Positions 16,176-29,238 of a stretch of DNA of 64,000 nt are shown in pieces; the stretch's first letter is position 1, and each line of letters starts with the position of its first letter. The notes under the pieces were generated by a model that did no database searches, was not told where the DNA came from, and saw nothing but the letters and a program-made list of their open reading frames with translations. This DNA is from Octopus vulgaris (taxonomy: Eukaryota). The stretch lies in assembly GCA_951406725.2 (NCBI GenBank), contig OX597834.1:8184001-8248000 (forward strand). Reading direction: 5' to 3'. Position numbers and translations under genes: made by a program.

Positions 16176-16763
16176 CGTACACATGTATATGTGTATATAT
16201 ATGTATGTATGCATGTATGTATGTTATATATATATATGTATATGTATGTATGTATATATATATATATGCATATATATATATATGTTTGTGTGTGTACATA
16301 TATATATTATATATGTATATATGTGTGTGTGTGTGTATGTATGCCTCTGTATATACATGTATATGGTTTTTGTAGAAGTTTCCTAGGATAAGCAGCTGTC
16401 ATTCTAGTCTCTCGGTTGGCATTAGAATGAGATGTATTTCTTTATCGTGTTTGGTATAGAAATTTACGTTTGTTCGCTTCACTTTTTCTTACACCTATGT
16501 TTTATAAATAACTTTGAAAGTTTTAAGTTCGAATAAAATTACATATTACTACGACGGCATAAAATTAATTCACAACGAGTTGCAGCGATGACATGTAAAA
16601 ATATGGGAATGTTTACGGGTCTGTCATAGGAATAGGACATCAGTATTTGAAATACTTTAAATAGGTTTGACTAATCAGCTTCTATTTTGCATCTTGCCTT
16701 AACACAGCTGAAAGAGTAAACGAAATAAACAACATTTGCATAGTTGCACATAATGAATATATA

Positions 16764-16950
16764 TATTCATAGCATTTTTCCGATGGCCGGATAACTGAAG
16801 AGATGGTGCCGTGGATTACCACCTGGGCCCCGAAACGCGGAGTTTTGTCATGGCTACCGAATAATTGTCACAAATTACATTTACAAATAAATTCCTCTAT
16901 TTACATCATGTCGAGGTTTCTTTGGTTCATTTGTTGTCTTACCATTTTAT
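16764..16950 (+). mobile_element. family P3 element with hammerhead at 16790-16849
   Basis: gataa-CTGAAGA..c-GAAA-cgcggag-tt-ttgtc; TA runs on both flanks. Confidence 0.7.
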
Positions 16951-16954
16951 CAAG

Positions 16955-17046
<92 letters not shown>

Positions 17047-17384
17047 ATAACATGTGGATTTTATCATTTCCACAATGCATTAGGGTTTATTACTTGAAAT
17101 AAAAAAAAGCGAATGACTCACCCTTGAACGATAAAATCAAACGACAGTACACGCTTTTTCTCCTTTTTATTTTTATGTCTTTCTTATACAAAAGAAAAAC
17201 AATGCACATACATAATACATAGTTAAAAATGTTTATTCTAATTATTATTTTAACACTTTAGCATACTCTACTAGATTTCTGTTCACACTGACCAATTGGG
17301 GTCTCTCACACCTACCCTACAATAACATTCAAAACATGACCAATCACAACATCAAAATTTTGATTATAATTCAAAACAATTCTT

Positions 17385-17598
17385 TCTCTCTCTTTTATTT
17401 GTTTCAGTAATTTGACTGCGGCCATGCTAGAGCACCACCTTTAGTCGAACACATCGACACCGGGACTTATTCTTTGTAATCCCAGTACTTAATCTATCGG
17501 TGTCTTTTGCCGAACCGCTAAGTGACGAGGGCATAAACACACCAGCATCGGTTGTCAAGCAATGCTAGGGGACAAACACAGACACACAAACACACACA

Positions 17599-17635
<37 letters not shown>

Positions 17636-17800
17636 GACGGGCTTCTTTCAGTTTCAATCTACAAAATCCACTCACAAGGCTTTGGTCGGACGGAGGCTAT
17701 AGTAGAAGATACCTGCCCAAGGTGCCACGCAGTGGGACTGAACCTGGAACCATGTGGTTGGGAAGCAAGCTACTTACCACACAGCTACTCCTGCGCCTAT
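17385..17800 (-). mobile_element. SINE family A
   Basis: full-length homology to the other copies. Confidence 0.92.
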
Positions 17801-18352
17801 AAAAAAAAACGTGAATAAAAAACGAACAACATTGCATCAGGCAGAGGAATCTGAATGCAAAAGGATTATATAGAATAAAGAACAAGCAGTAATGGTACAG
17901 AAGGAAATTTAGAAAATTCCAACCATTTAAGAGAAATATAGTACATGGAACCAACATGGCAGGCTCCAAATGTATGTACCTTGGCATACAAACAACCGTA
18001 ATTGTTCGCATAATCTTATTCAATAGTTAATAATTCTAAACACAAACAGAACCACACACGAACACAGGAAAAGACACTGACGCATATACACACCAAACGA
18101 AAATATAATTCTTTTTTAAAATTTCTCTTTGGTTGTGTTTTATTTATTATTTGTTTTTCGCCTCTTCTGTCATTCTTCTAGACAACGTTGCTTTTTTGTC
18201 TTTGCGAAAATCGATTTGCTTAAAAAGAAATATATTACTTTAAATTCTATATATCTTACATAATGAAATTATTATATTAAATGTTCTCACAAAAATATAG
18301 AGACACACACACAACTCCTGAATGCATATAGGCCTACACAATATATGCGCAG

Positions 18353-18410
<58 letters not shown>

Positions 18411-18499
18411 CCATGTATAAATATATGTGTGTGCGTGTGTTTTTGTGTGTATATGCATCTGTGACTGTGAATATCCATGATCAATTCTCTCCTCCTTTC

Positions 18500-18540
<41 letters not shown>

Positions 18541-18545
<5 letters not shown>

Positions 18546-18870
18546 TCACTGGTTAGAGCGTCGAGCTTACGATCGTGAGGTTGTGAGTTAGAATCCCGGA
18601 CCGGGCTGGGTGTTGTGTTCTTGAGCAAGACACTTTATTTCACGTTGCTCCAGTTCACTCAGCTGTAGAAATGAGTTGCGACGGCACATGTACAAAGCTG
18701 TATCGGCCCCTTTGCCTTTACTTTGGATAATACTGGTGGCCTGGAGAAGAGAGACCGGTGTGCATGGGCAACAGCTGGTTTTGCATAAACAACCTTGCCC
18801 GGTCTTGTACCTGAGGGTAACTTTCTAGGTGCAATCCCACAGTCAGTCATGACCAAAAGGGGTGTCAGAT
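18541..18870 (+). mobile_element. SINE family C (tRNA head plus CORE-like domain)
   Basis: A box tggctcactggttagagc, B-box-like gagttagaatccc, CORE-like tgtgttcttgagcaagacacttt..ctccagttcactcagctgtagaaatgagt. Confidence 0.8.
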
Positions 18871-18883
18871 ATATTATATATAT

Positions 18884-19047
18884 ATTCATAGCATTTTTCC
18901 GATGTCCGGATAACTGAAGAGATGGCGCCGTAGATTACCACCTTGTCATCCAAAACTCGGAGTTTCCTCATGGCAACCGAATAATTGTCACATATTACAT
19001 TTACAAATAAATTCCTGTATTTACACAATATCGAGGTCTCTTTTATT

Positions 19048-19050
<3 letters not shown>
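18884..19050 (+). mobile_element. family P3 element with hammerhead at 18909-18969
   Basis: same 5' boundary as the 16764 copy; stem II GATGGCG/TGTCATC; GAAA mutated to AAAA. Confidence 0.7.
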
Positions 19051-19124
<74 letters not shown>

Positions 19125-19329
19125 GATTATTAAAATTTTTTGGTAGAAATGACTGTTGTCCCTCTTAGCGTGAGGCATGTATGTATAATAATGCCCTCTC
19201 TATATAAATTAATATGTTCAATAAGAAAGAATTATTTTCGAAATTTTTCTCTTATGAGGTTTTTCACGCTATCTACCTGATAATTTCTTGTTAAGATTCC
19301 TTATTAAGAAGTTATCCTTAATTGTTAAA

Positions 19330-19428
<99 letters not shown>

Positions 19429-19504
19429 CATACATATATATATGAACATGTATATATATATATATATATATACATACATACATATATATATGAACATGTA
19501 TGTA

Positions 19505-20780
19505 TGGGCGATGTCTAATCTATAATTATCCGGACTGTCGCCATAGTAACCAAGCTAGAACGTTAAACTTATTAGCTTGGCACAGATTGATCATGAATTC
19601 TGTTTAAAGTTTACAGTTCTAGCTCACTTCCGCTATTTACACCAGTACTTGAAAGGAAGTTGTGTAGCATGTGATCCTCGTTTTGACCATGACAGAGAAT
19701 GATGTCATGACGATACCTGTTGAGAGGCCTATGCCAAGTTGCATAATGTGTATGGAGAGGAGTGTATGAGCTGCACAGAAGTGTACGAGTTGTTCAGACG
19801 TTTCGAAGCTGGCCCGTAAAATGTCGATATTGCCGAACGTTCTGGGAGGATCGCAACTAGCAGAACTGAAAAATCATCGGAGATGTGTGTGTATTTGAGA
19901 GGGGATATCGTCGAATCAACATGCATGAGTTATCAGAGGTTGTGGTTATTAGTTACGGTTCAGTTCAGTCCATTATTACTGAAGATGTGAGTATGAGACC
20001 CCTGTCTGCCAAGTTTGTACAAAAACTGATTTCAGCTGACCAAAAAGACACTCGGGTTTCAGTGGTACAAGATCTCCTTGAATGCATCGAGAACGCTGAA
20101 AAGTTTTCAATTTTTGTGTAGGCTTTTAAATAGTTACTCTTTACTCTTTTACTTGTTTCAGTCATTTGACTGCGGCCATGCTGAAGCACCGCCTTTTATC
20201 GAGCAACTCGACCCCGGGACTTATTCTTTTGTAAGCCCAGTACTTATTATATCGGTCTCTTTTTGCCGAACCGCTAAGTAACGGGGACATAAACACACCA
20301 GCATCGGTTGTCAAGCAATGCTAGGGGGACAAACACAGACACAGAAACACACACATACATATATACATATATACGACAGGCTTCTTTCAGTTTCCGTCTA
20401 CCAAATCCACTCACAAGGCATTGGTCGGCCCGGGGATATAGCAGAAGACACTTGCTGAAGATGCCACGCAGTGGGACTGAACCCGGAACCATGTGGTTGG
20501 TTAGCAAGCTACTTACCCCACAACCACTCCTGCGCCTATTGACAAGATTTTGGCAAAATTAGATGTAGGGTTTTGCTCAGGTTTCTCTATGATGGTCAAT
20601 AAGACGATCACACGCAACACACTTTCCACTGCTTTAAACAGCGGAAGTGAGTTAGAACGTTAAAACTCAGTGCGCATGCACAGTAGAGTTCAAGGCCAAT
20701 CTGTGTCAGCGACTTTAGTATGCGTCCTTCAGCTTCCTTACTCTAGCTACAGTCCGGATACTTATTGATCAGATCACTTA
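19505..20780. mobile_element. mariner-derived element with two inverted 5' ends, interrupted by SINE A
   Basis: tatccggactgt TIR motif at both ends; ~19560-19700 is inverted-homologous to ~20580-20720; HTH relic VYGEECMSCTEVYELFRRFEAG on +. Confidence 0.75.
20135..20538 (-). mobile_element. SINE family A
   Basis: full-length homology to the other copies. Confidence 0.92.
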
Positions 20781-20967
20781 TATACGCATTTACGCTTTTA
20801 CGCCTTCTAGCCATGCGGCTGCGATCATACTTACTCATTCACATCCACACACGCACACGCAGACACGCACGCACACACACACCACACACATATATCGACC
20901 TTATTGACGACCATATTTTTTTCATTTCAGTTGTAACTTGCAAATAGCGATCTTAATAGTTCATATA

Positions 20968-21022
<55 letters not shown>

Positions 21023-21026
<4 letters not shown>

Positions 21027-21273
21027 TAGAGGAAATGAAGGTACTCAGAAAATCGGATGGTTTATATTTACAGATATTTATTTGCATATTATATTACACT
21101 TTTTATACATCATATAACTTAGATCATGTATTAGCGCTTTCTCCCATTCTAGTGGGGTTTTCAAATCAAACTAAGTTTGATTTGAAAAATATCTGTAAAT
21201 ATAAACCATCCGATTTTCTGAGTACCTCATTTCTTCTAATATAAAATACCTGTACATCATCTCCAAACCTTCC

Positions 21274-21274
<1 letters not shown>
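21023..21274. mobile_element. Penelope-like foldback remnant, family P4
   Basis: inverted arms 21023-21079 / 21187-21242 between (TA)n tracts; decayed hammerhead on minus (ttgaaaa-cccca-ctagaa-tggga-GAAA-GCGC-TA). Confidence 0.6.
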
Positions 21275-21363
<89 letters not shown>

Positions 21364-21493
21364 AAATAGAAAGATGAATAATCTTGTAGTAGATTAATCA
21401 AAAGTTTAACCGATACCTTAGTAGCAAAAATCACAGCAGTAAAATAAAACGATTTCTGTTCAATCTGCGTTCAGCTCCATTTCTTCAATTCAC

Positions 21494-21539
<46 letters not shown>

Positions 21540-21549
21540 TATATATATA

Positions 21550-21762
21550 TAAAGTTAATCCAAACATGAAAACACAAAGAAAAAACACAACAACGTGAGG
21601 ACGTGGAACAGGTATTGTATTATTGGATGCTCAGGAAGGAGAGAAAGAAGGAGGGTTCAACTTTTCGAGCGGAGCTCTTCGTCAGAAACATAGGAAAAGG
21701 AAACATCGAAAGAAATGAAAACGGAGGGAAAAAATCGACAACGGTACACACGTAGTCACATT

Positions 21763-21767
<5 letters not shown>
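21550..21767 (-). mobile_element. Penelope-like pLTR remnant, family P5
   Basis: non-microsatellite ~215-bp island between two (TA)n tracts, containing a hammerhead fold. Confidence 0.65.
21655..21689 (-). ncRNA. minimal type-I hammerhead, family P5
   Basis: minus strand GTTT-CTGACGA-a-GAGC-tcc-GCTC-GAAA-agTT-GAAC. Confidence 0.65.
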
Positions 21768-21819
<52 letters not shown>

Positions 21820-21822
<3 letters not shown>

Positions 21823-21965
21823 ACGACATGCATCTCTCAGTTTCCGTGTACAAAATCCACTCACATGTCCTTTGTAGGCCAGAGGCTATAGTCGAAGACA
21901 AATGTGACACGCAGTGAGCCTGAACCCGGAGCCATGTGGTGGGGAAGCAATCTTCATACCACACA
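21820..21965 (-). mobile_element. decayed SINE family A 5' part
   Basis: cagtttccgt..aaatccactcac..gaacccggagccatgtggt. Confidence 0.75.
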
Positions 21966-22632
21966 TCCATACACACACACACACACACACTGACACACAC
22001 ACATGCGTGCGAGTGTGTGAATATACGTGCGTCTGTGTATTTGCTATTGCACATGTCTTTATATTAACAGGGATGAATTTATAGACAATAAAGATAAACA
22101 GAAAGAAAATGAAATATATCTGCCCTGAGACATAACGAATAACACTTGTCAAACCTACATATTTACTAATAAACCCATATATGTTTGTCTGTATCTGTTT
22201 TGTATATCCGTAGACAATTTGAATGTGTATATATGGTTATGAATACATGAATATGTATATCTTCATAAATATTCATGAACGAGATTTATTCATTATGTCC
22301 TCTACCGCCATACATTTCTCTCTCTTGTTGATGTGTTGCAGTTTTGCATCTTGATATTAATGTTGTCTGAAGACAAGAAGCAATATGAATATTGTTTTCC
22401 TTCTTTAACTTCGTAAACATTGTTCATATTGACCTGGAATTTATATTATTTGTATTAACATACTCTTAGCCGTCAACTACGTCGCCGTCACCATCACCAC
22501 CTTAACCATCATTATAATCATCATCCTCATCATCGTCGTCGTCATCATCATCACCACCATCATTATCATCATCATCATCCCCATTATTGCCACTGTCCCA
22601 CAGTCGTCGTTGCCGCTATATATGTTACCATA

Positions 22633-23235
22633 TAAGGCGGCGGGCTGGCAGAAACGTTACCACGCCGGGCGAAATGCGTAGCCGTATTACGTCTGCCGTT
22701 ACGTTCTGAGTTCAAATTCTGCCGAGGTCGACTTTGCCTTTCATCCTTTCGGGGTCGATCAATTAAGTACCAGTTACGCACTGGAGTCGATGTAATCGAC
22801 TTAATCCGTTTGTCTGTCCATCTTTGTCCCCTCTGTATTTAGCTATTTGTGGGTAGTAAAGAAATATGTATTTCGTCTGCCGCTACATTCTGAGTTCAAA
22901 TTCTGCCGAGGTCGCCTTTGCCTTTCATCCTTTCGGGGTGGATCAATTAAGTACCAGTTACACGCTGGGGTCGATGTAATCGACGTAATCCATTTTTTCT
23001 GTCCTTGTTTGACCCCTCTGTGTTTAGCCCCTTGTGGGTAGTAAAGAAATAAGTATTTCGTCTGTTGTTACGTTGTGAGTTCAAATTCCGCCATGGTCGA
23101 CTTTGCCTTTCATCCTCTCGGGGTCGATAAATTAAGTACCAGTTACACACTGGGGTTGATGTAATTGACTTAATCCGTTTGTCTGTCCTTGTTTGTCCCC
23201 TCTGTGTTTAGCCCCTTGTGGGTAGTAAAGAAATA
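22633..23235 (+). mobile_element. SINE family B, one head plus three tandem ~184-bp bodies
   Basis: head aaggcggcgggctggcagaaacgtt; B box gagttcaaattc; body gactttgcctttcatcctttcggggtcgat (resembles the Meta/MESC SINE domain, from memory); junctions gaaat..gtatttcgtctg. Confidence 0.92.
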
Positions 23236-24972
23236 CATATTTGTTATCATTGTCATCATCATAACTTATCATCATCACCATTATTATCATTGCCATGGTT
23301 GCCGTCTCAATTATTATCATGATCATCATAATATTATCATCATCAATATCCTCATCATCATTATCACTGACATCACCGCCGTCGTCGTCGTCGAATTCGC
23401 TGATGTAATTTTTCATGAGAAAACCCATGAGCAAACTAAAGACTTTGTAGTTTTCCCCTTGATCTTATGTATTATCCAGCCGCATTTCCTTCAACTCATT
23501 TTGTGTCTTAAGGGGCTGTGTCTTAATATATAGAGCTTCCGTTCCGTGATACATGTTGCTATGTTGGGTTAATGTGCATGCTATAAAAACATTTCAGATG
23601 AACAAATGTTTTGAGGATATTGCTTCGATAAACGGTGACTGTGTAAGCGAGTTTGGGTTACTATGACACCTACTTTTATACTACGAAACACACAACTCGT
23701 CTCTCGTTTGAGCATGTTCTCATAGATCTGGGTAACTTTAGTAAATTAGGTTGAAAATATTTTGTTTATTTATCTATCTGGGGAATACCCACTAATCTAG
23801 GGCGCATTGAAAATATTGAAAATGTTCGAGCAATTTACCTTTATTTTTCTCACCAATAAATATTATAGGTCACCGCTATCCTCTCATGCAAATATGAACA
23901 TACTGGATAAATATAAACTTCAAACTGAAACGATAGCAAAAAGAAAAAAACGATTTAAAGCAGTGATACCTAGAAATACTTCGAACGTATATGTGTGTGT
24001 GTGCGTGTGTGTATGTATGTACATATATATATATTTATATATATATGTATTTATATACATATACATATGCATATATATATATTTTTTTTTATATTATAAA
24101 TATATATATGTATGTATAAATATCTTCTCCATTGGTAGCTATTTATCACGTGATAGCAAATTCACTATTGTCACTTATATCCCAGTTGTACAATCTTTAC
24201 TCCATTGCTTGTTATAATGTGATAATATAACTTTCAGAATTTGTAGCTCACTGCTTATATATGGCATATGACAATAATCAAAAAAGTTGTCATTTATATT
24301 CCAACGTTCTGCTGGCCTAGATATTACACTTGATGTTTCGCTATTGTGAAAAATAACCACGTATAAATTCCACTTGAGTATTCTAAGCAGCAGTAGCTCT
24401 TTTTGATAAATGAGGGAATATAGTTAGTTTCCAATAATAAACACAATTTCTGATATGCGAAGAGAATTGCTCTCACGAATGCGTTGCTTTGATGTTATCA
24501 GTAAATTAACGAGTCACCTGTTACGATAATGTGTTCACTTAAGAACATACTGTCACGTCTCAAATACACTTCAGCACGTAAGTTACTCGAACTATATCTT
24601 TAACAATCTGCTTTTCTCATCCGTATGGAATTTCTATGAATATTATATATAGCACCAAGTCGTCTCTCGGAATGAAAGCAGTAACTTTTGCGCACGTATG
24701 AAAGTAATTTCAAAACTTCAACTTACTAGTTCTTAGTTTAACTCCTGCATTTTGGTCTCTATTCTGTTCCATGAAATCTATCACAATTCACCTGTCCATC
24801 AAGCAATATTATCAATCAACTACACACTTGTTTTAAATTCAGGTATAAAGAATCTTTTATGCTTAATTATTATTTCTTTTTTATGAGTGACTGTTATTAT
24901 TGGTGATTATCTTTTCCAGTTCTATCGCAATTAACCATTATTAATTGATACGTCTTAGAAACAAAAAAAAAA

Positions 24973-25056
24973 GATCCACGAAACCGGTCTGATGAGCCTC
25001 TGGCTGGGGAATGGTCTTTCCCTAGACATATTCTCATAAGGCCGGTTTTCTGGATT
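24973..25056 (+). ncRNA. candidate pre-miRNA-like hairpin
   Basis: ~39-bp bulge-free stem with about 6 mismatches and several G-U pairs on +; loop near 25012-25017. Confidence 0.3.
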
Positions 25057-26454
25057 CTGTGGAGTATATACTCCTCTTGGACTGGATCACAGTGCCTCAC
25101 CGGGTTATTAATTTGCCAACTTAGTAGCGGGAGTAATATGAAATGAAGTGTTTCACTCATGAATAAAAATATGCTTTTCCCAGTCGGGGAATCAAAACAA
25201 TGCACTTATGACCATGCATAAACACTAGTCACAGACCGCCAGAGATACATCTTACTAAACCATTATTCAATCATGAAATTAAGATCACAATCTATTTATG
25301 ACATTCCATCCATTATTAAACAACCAAAAGTTGTGCTAATATTTAAGAATTGAAATTTCTCTATAACAACTTGGTGTACTCGCTGAGTATCACGTCATTA
25401 AAGTTGTATATATCATTTGTAAGGGGTTGGAGATTTGCCGGATGTAAAACTATGGGGAATGTGTTGAAACAATATTCAATGGCTATCCTATGCAATGTTG
25501 ATTTCCTTTATCCATAGTTATTGTATGGTACTCTAAATAAGCAATGGGTAATTTTGTTTCCCACCAGAAGAGTCCGGCTTAAAAGTATACCATGTGTGTC
25601 AAACTTGTATTATTTCAAAAATCGTACGTTTTATACATATATTAATATTCTTTGTTTATTTTTGTGCCACGATTCCAATTAGTAAAAGAATAATTGACAA
25701 TATTGTTAATATTGTTGTATTTCTTGGCTTTGGTATGTGATTCAAAGAAAACTTGAATTTGGCGAGAAGTATAAGATTAATCTCAAAGCAGGAATACCTC
25801 TGTAGCAGTAAATCTATGAGACAGGTAGCAGTAAGTTTTTTTGAAGATTACGTATAAGCTATATTGAAAATATGAAGCTACTTCTCCGAATGTTAAGTTG
25901 CTTCATTAGTTCGCTTTCTTTTTTAACGGTTCTCTTTGATCTAGATACGCAGAACTACAGAGCAGATATAACTTTGGGATTTATGCAGTTGATTCAAAGA
26001 TATAAAATAGGTGGCACTGATTTTTATTATAAGTCATACTGTTTTAAATATTTAATACTGAAGCTATGGATTATTTAGTAGGAGAATAAAATATTTATGG
26101 AAGGAGAATCATTTTTACACTTGTTTCAAGAAGTTAGCGTCTTGTATGGAGAAGCTCATATTTTGGAGCTGCTAGAAAAATACAAATACTCTTTTTCTCA
26201 CATATTTTCACATGTTTCCGTCAGACACGAAACGTTACATTCCAAAGTTCACTACGACAGACCAACATTTACAACTGCAAGCTTGGGTGTTTAGTCGTTT
26301 CCAGTACTGGTGTCCAATTGTTTCTCAAATTTGGGGCACGATCTTGAAAGAGAATTTATAGATGTTAGCAGTACCTGCAGGTTATGACAGACACGTCAGC
26401 TTCAAGTCCTACACAAACGTTTACTAATTGGGAATACAGGTTTTTTTTTTCTTT

Positions 26455-26667
26455 TTTCTTTTGCTTGTTTCAGTCATTTGACTGCGGCCATGCTGGAGCA
26501 CCGCCTTTAGACGAGCAAATCGACCCCGGGACTTATTCTTTGTAAGCCCAGTACTTATTCTATCGGTCTCTTTTTGCCGAACCGCTAAGTGACAGGGACG
26601 TAAACACACCAGCATCAGTTGTCAAGCAATGCTAGGGGGACAAGCACAGACACACAAACACACACAC
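26455..26667 (-). mobile_element. SINE family A 3' half
   Basis: cttgtttcagtcatttgactgcggcc..gctagggggacaagcacagac. Confidence 0.9.
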
Positions 26668-26930
26668 GTTGTCTAATAATGTCTACATAAACAATTGATA
26701 GTGAAAGATTGCATTGCCACGTTTGTAAAACCATTCAAAATATTAAAATTGAGGTGAATCAAGTAAAAAAGTAACTACAATATAATAACAATCTCTGTTT
26801 GGCAAAAATCTTTTTGTTTTAACCTTTATGGAAACATTAAGTTGTTCTTTCTTGAATAGCTTTTCAATAATTACGTTTATATATTTGTTGTGCAAGATTT
26901 TTTATGTGACATCGTTTGTTGAAACATATA

Positions 26931-27335
26931 TTGTTGCATTTCTGAATGGTCATTTTGCCAGTTAGCCAATATAAACACTCGCACTATATATTTGGTGTTA
27001 CTTTGCAACAGTGCTATTTATTTTTTACTTTAAACGTAATCTTATTTCGGCCAGAGTTCTTTCGTCACACTCCTGTGACCGCATCAATGGTCCTTTGATT
27101 TCTTCTTTCTTATTTGTGTGTCTCTCCTTACTAACCGTCAGACATTTTGTATTTAAATTGTATGTGTCTTCATTTGCGCATACGTATATCTCTATGTGCG
27201 TCTATGTTTAGTTAGTGTGTGTGTAAGTTTAATTCAAAAAATAAATAACACTGAAGCAAAGTAACACCAAATATATAGTGCGTGTGGCTACATTTATTGG
27301 CTAAATTGGCAAAATGACCATTCCGAAATACAATA
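26931..27335. mobile_element. family P1 element: minus copy 26931-27225 plus inverted partial copy 27236-27335
   Basis: homology to 4066-4369; arms 26931-27026 and 27236-27335 are reverse complements; hammerhead-like fold at 27049-27093 on minus. Confidence 0.75.
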
Positions 27336-27796
27336 TTTTCAATTACTCTTTTACTAATTGGAATCGTGGCTCAAAAATAAACAAAGGATATTAATATATG
27401 TATAAATGTACAACGTTTGTAATAATACAAGTTTGACATAAATGGTGTACTTTTAAGCCGGGCTCTTCTGGTGGGAAACAAAAATTTATATACACGGACA
27501 CACAGGTATACGCATTCGCATATAAAGAGAATAGAAATGGCGTTCAAAGCCTTAATCTGAAAACAACTTGTGCTTGCGTGTTCCATCTACGATTTACCTG
27601 GAAGAAACTAAAGGGTGAGGTCTACGGCTTAAATCTGCAGCAGCCTACCAACACGTGACAGCACCACTGTTGTTTACTCTATGTGAACGCTGTCCATTTC
27701 TCACACCCTAAGTGCTGATGTCCCTACAATCACTTGAAGAGTAATAACTATTGTATACATACATACATACGTATATATATATACATAAATAAATAA

Positions 27797-27843
<47 letters not shown>

Positions 27844-28808
27844 TACATAAATACATAAACATATATATATAAATATAAATATATACACATACAATTATAT
27901 ATATATACATAAACATATATATATATAAATATATACACACAAATATTCAAATGTCATTGTTCTCATTGTGTTTTTTAAACTGAAAAGAGTTTGAAGTTTA
28001 TAATTCTCACTTTGCCATGGTTTGGTTTTTAAATTCTAATTCTTTGGAATCGTGGCTGAAGAATACCATAAACCAATATATCATTATTAAATCTCTTTCA
28101 ATTCTCCTGAGAAAATTTATCAAATCTGGATTGCCTTAGACTAGTAAACTACTATCAACATGACACATAATACGATGTGTTCAGTTGATATATGCGATTT
28201 AATATTAAAAAACAAAACCAAAAACTTTTATTCATTCTTGCAGAATCAAAATGGAATCACCGATGCCGAGATTCAAAATAACACATCATCTTCCATTATT
28301 AACCAGATTCATATACTTTATTTGATATAAAATAAAAACTCAAATAAACAAAATCGTTTCTGTTTTTTTTTTTCTCTCATTTATTTTAATATTATTTTGT
28401 TTTGCTATGTGAATAATCTCCTTTGTGTGAATTTTGAATCAGTCACTGCTTAATATATATTTTTTTTCCTTCTATTTTGATTCATTGTTTCAGCGTTATT
28501 TAGTTTTGTTATAACACACTTCTGATCAATTTAATAGGAATGTTTACGTTGAGAAATTTACAGGGAAATTTATCAGTTATACGCAATATAACAGTTGGGT
28601 GACACCATCGGATATATATTGTGTCTTTTTTTTTTTTTTTGCAAAATGTCTTTTTCATATTCTGGAAGAAAAGAATGAAAGGAAGGCTTTGTTTAAAACA
28701 TTAATAACACCGTGTGGCATTTGGAAGTCATAATGTTGATGCTGGTAAGAAATATTATTACTATCAAATGCCATTGTCAGATCACAATACCTAACCTTTG
28801 GCGGCCCT

Positions 28809-28809
<1 letters not shown>

Positions 28810-28847
<38 letters not shown>

Positions 28848-28898
28848 CGACGACGACGGCGGCAGTGGAAATGAAAATGATGGTGATGATGAAGTTGC

Positions 28899-28947
<49 letters not shown>
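28810..28947. repeat. (GAT)n and (AAT)n microsatellites
   Basis: direct inspection. Confidence 0.95.
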
Positions 28948-28950
<3 letters not shown>

Positions 28951-29126
28951 ATTTTTATTGATTCCAAGGTTCTGTCTAATATCATAAATACTTGGTATAA
29001 AATGAGATCTACAAAATATTTGTACATGTATACAAATAAGGAATGGGTGGGAGTAAACGATGATATATATAATATAATATAATGTAATATTATACATCTA
29101 CGTATGTATGTATGTATGTATGTATG

Positions 29127-29176
<50 letters not shown>

Positions 29177-29183
29177 CATGCAT

Positions 29184-29236
<53 letters not shown>

Positions 29237-29238
<2 letters not shown>

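Noticed and set aside
18541-18610. tRNA-like sequences (also heads at 48111, 51757, 52697, 63136)
   Set aside because: They continue into multi-copy SINE bodies, several with TSDs, and lack a clean cloverleaf; SINE heads, not tRNA genes.
28234-28330. Possible plus-strand exon after ttcttgcag
   Set aside because: Short, no donor or recognisable peptide, no supporting neighbouring exons.
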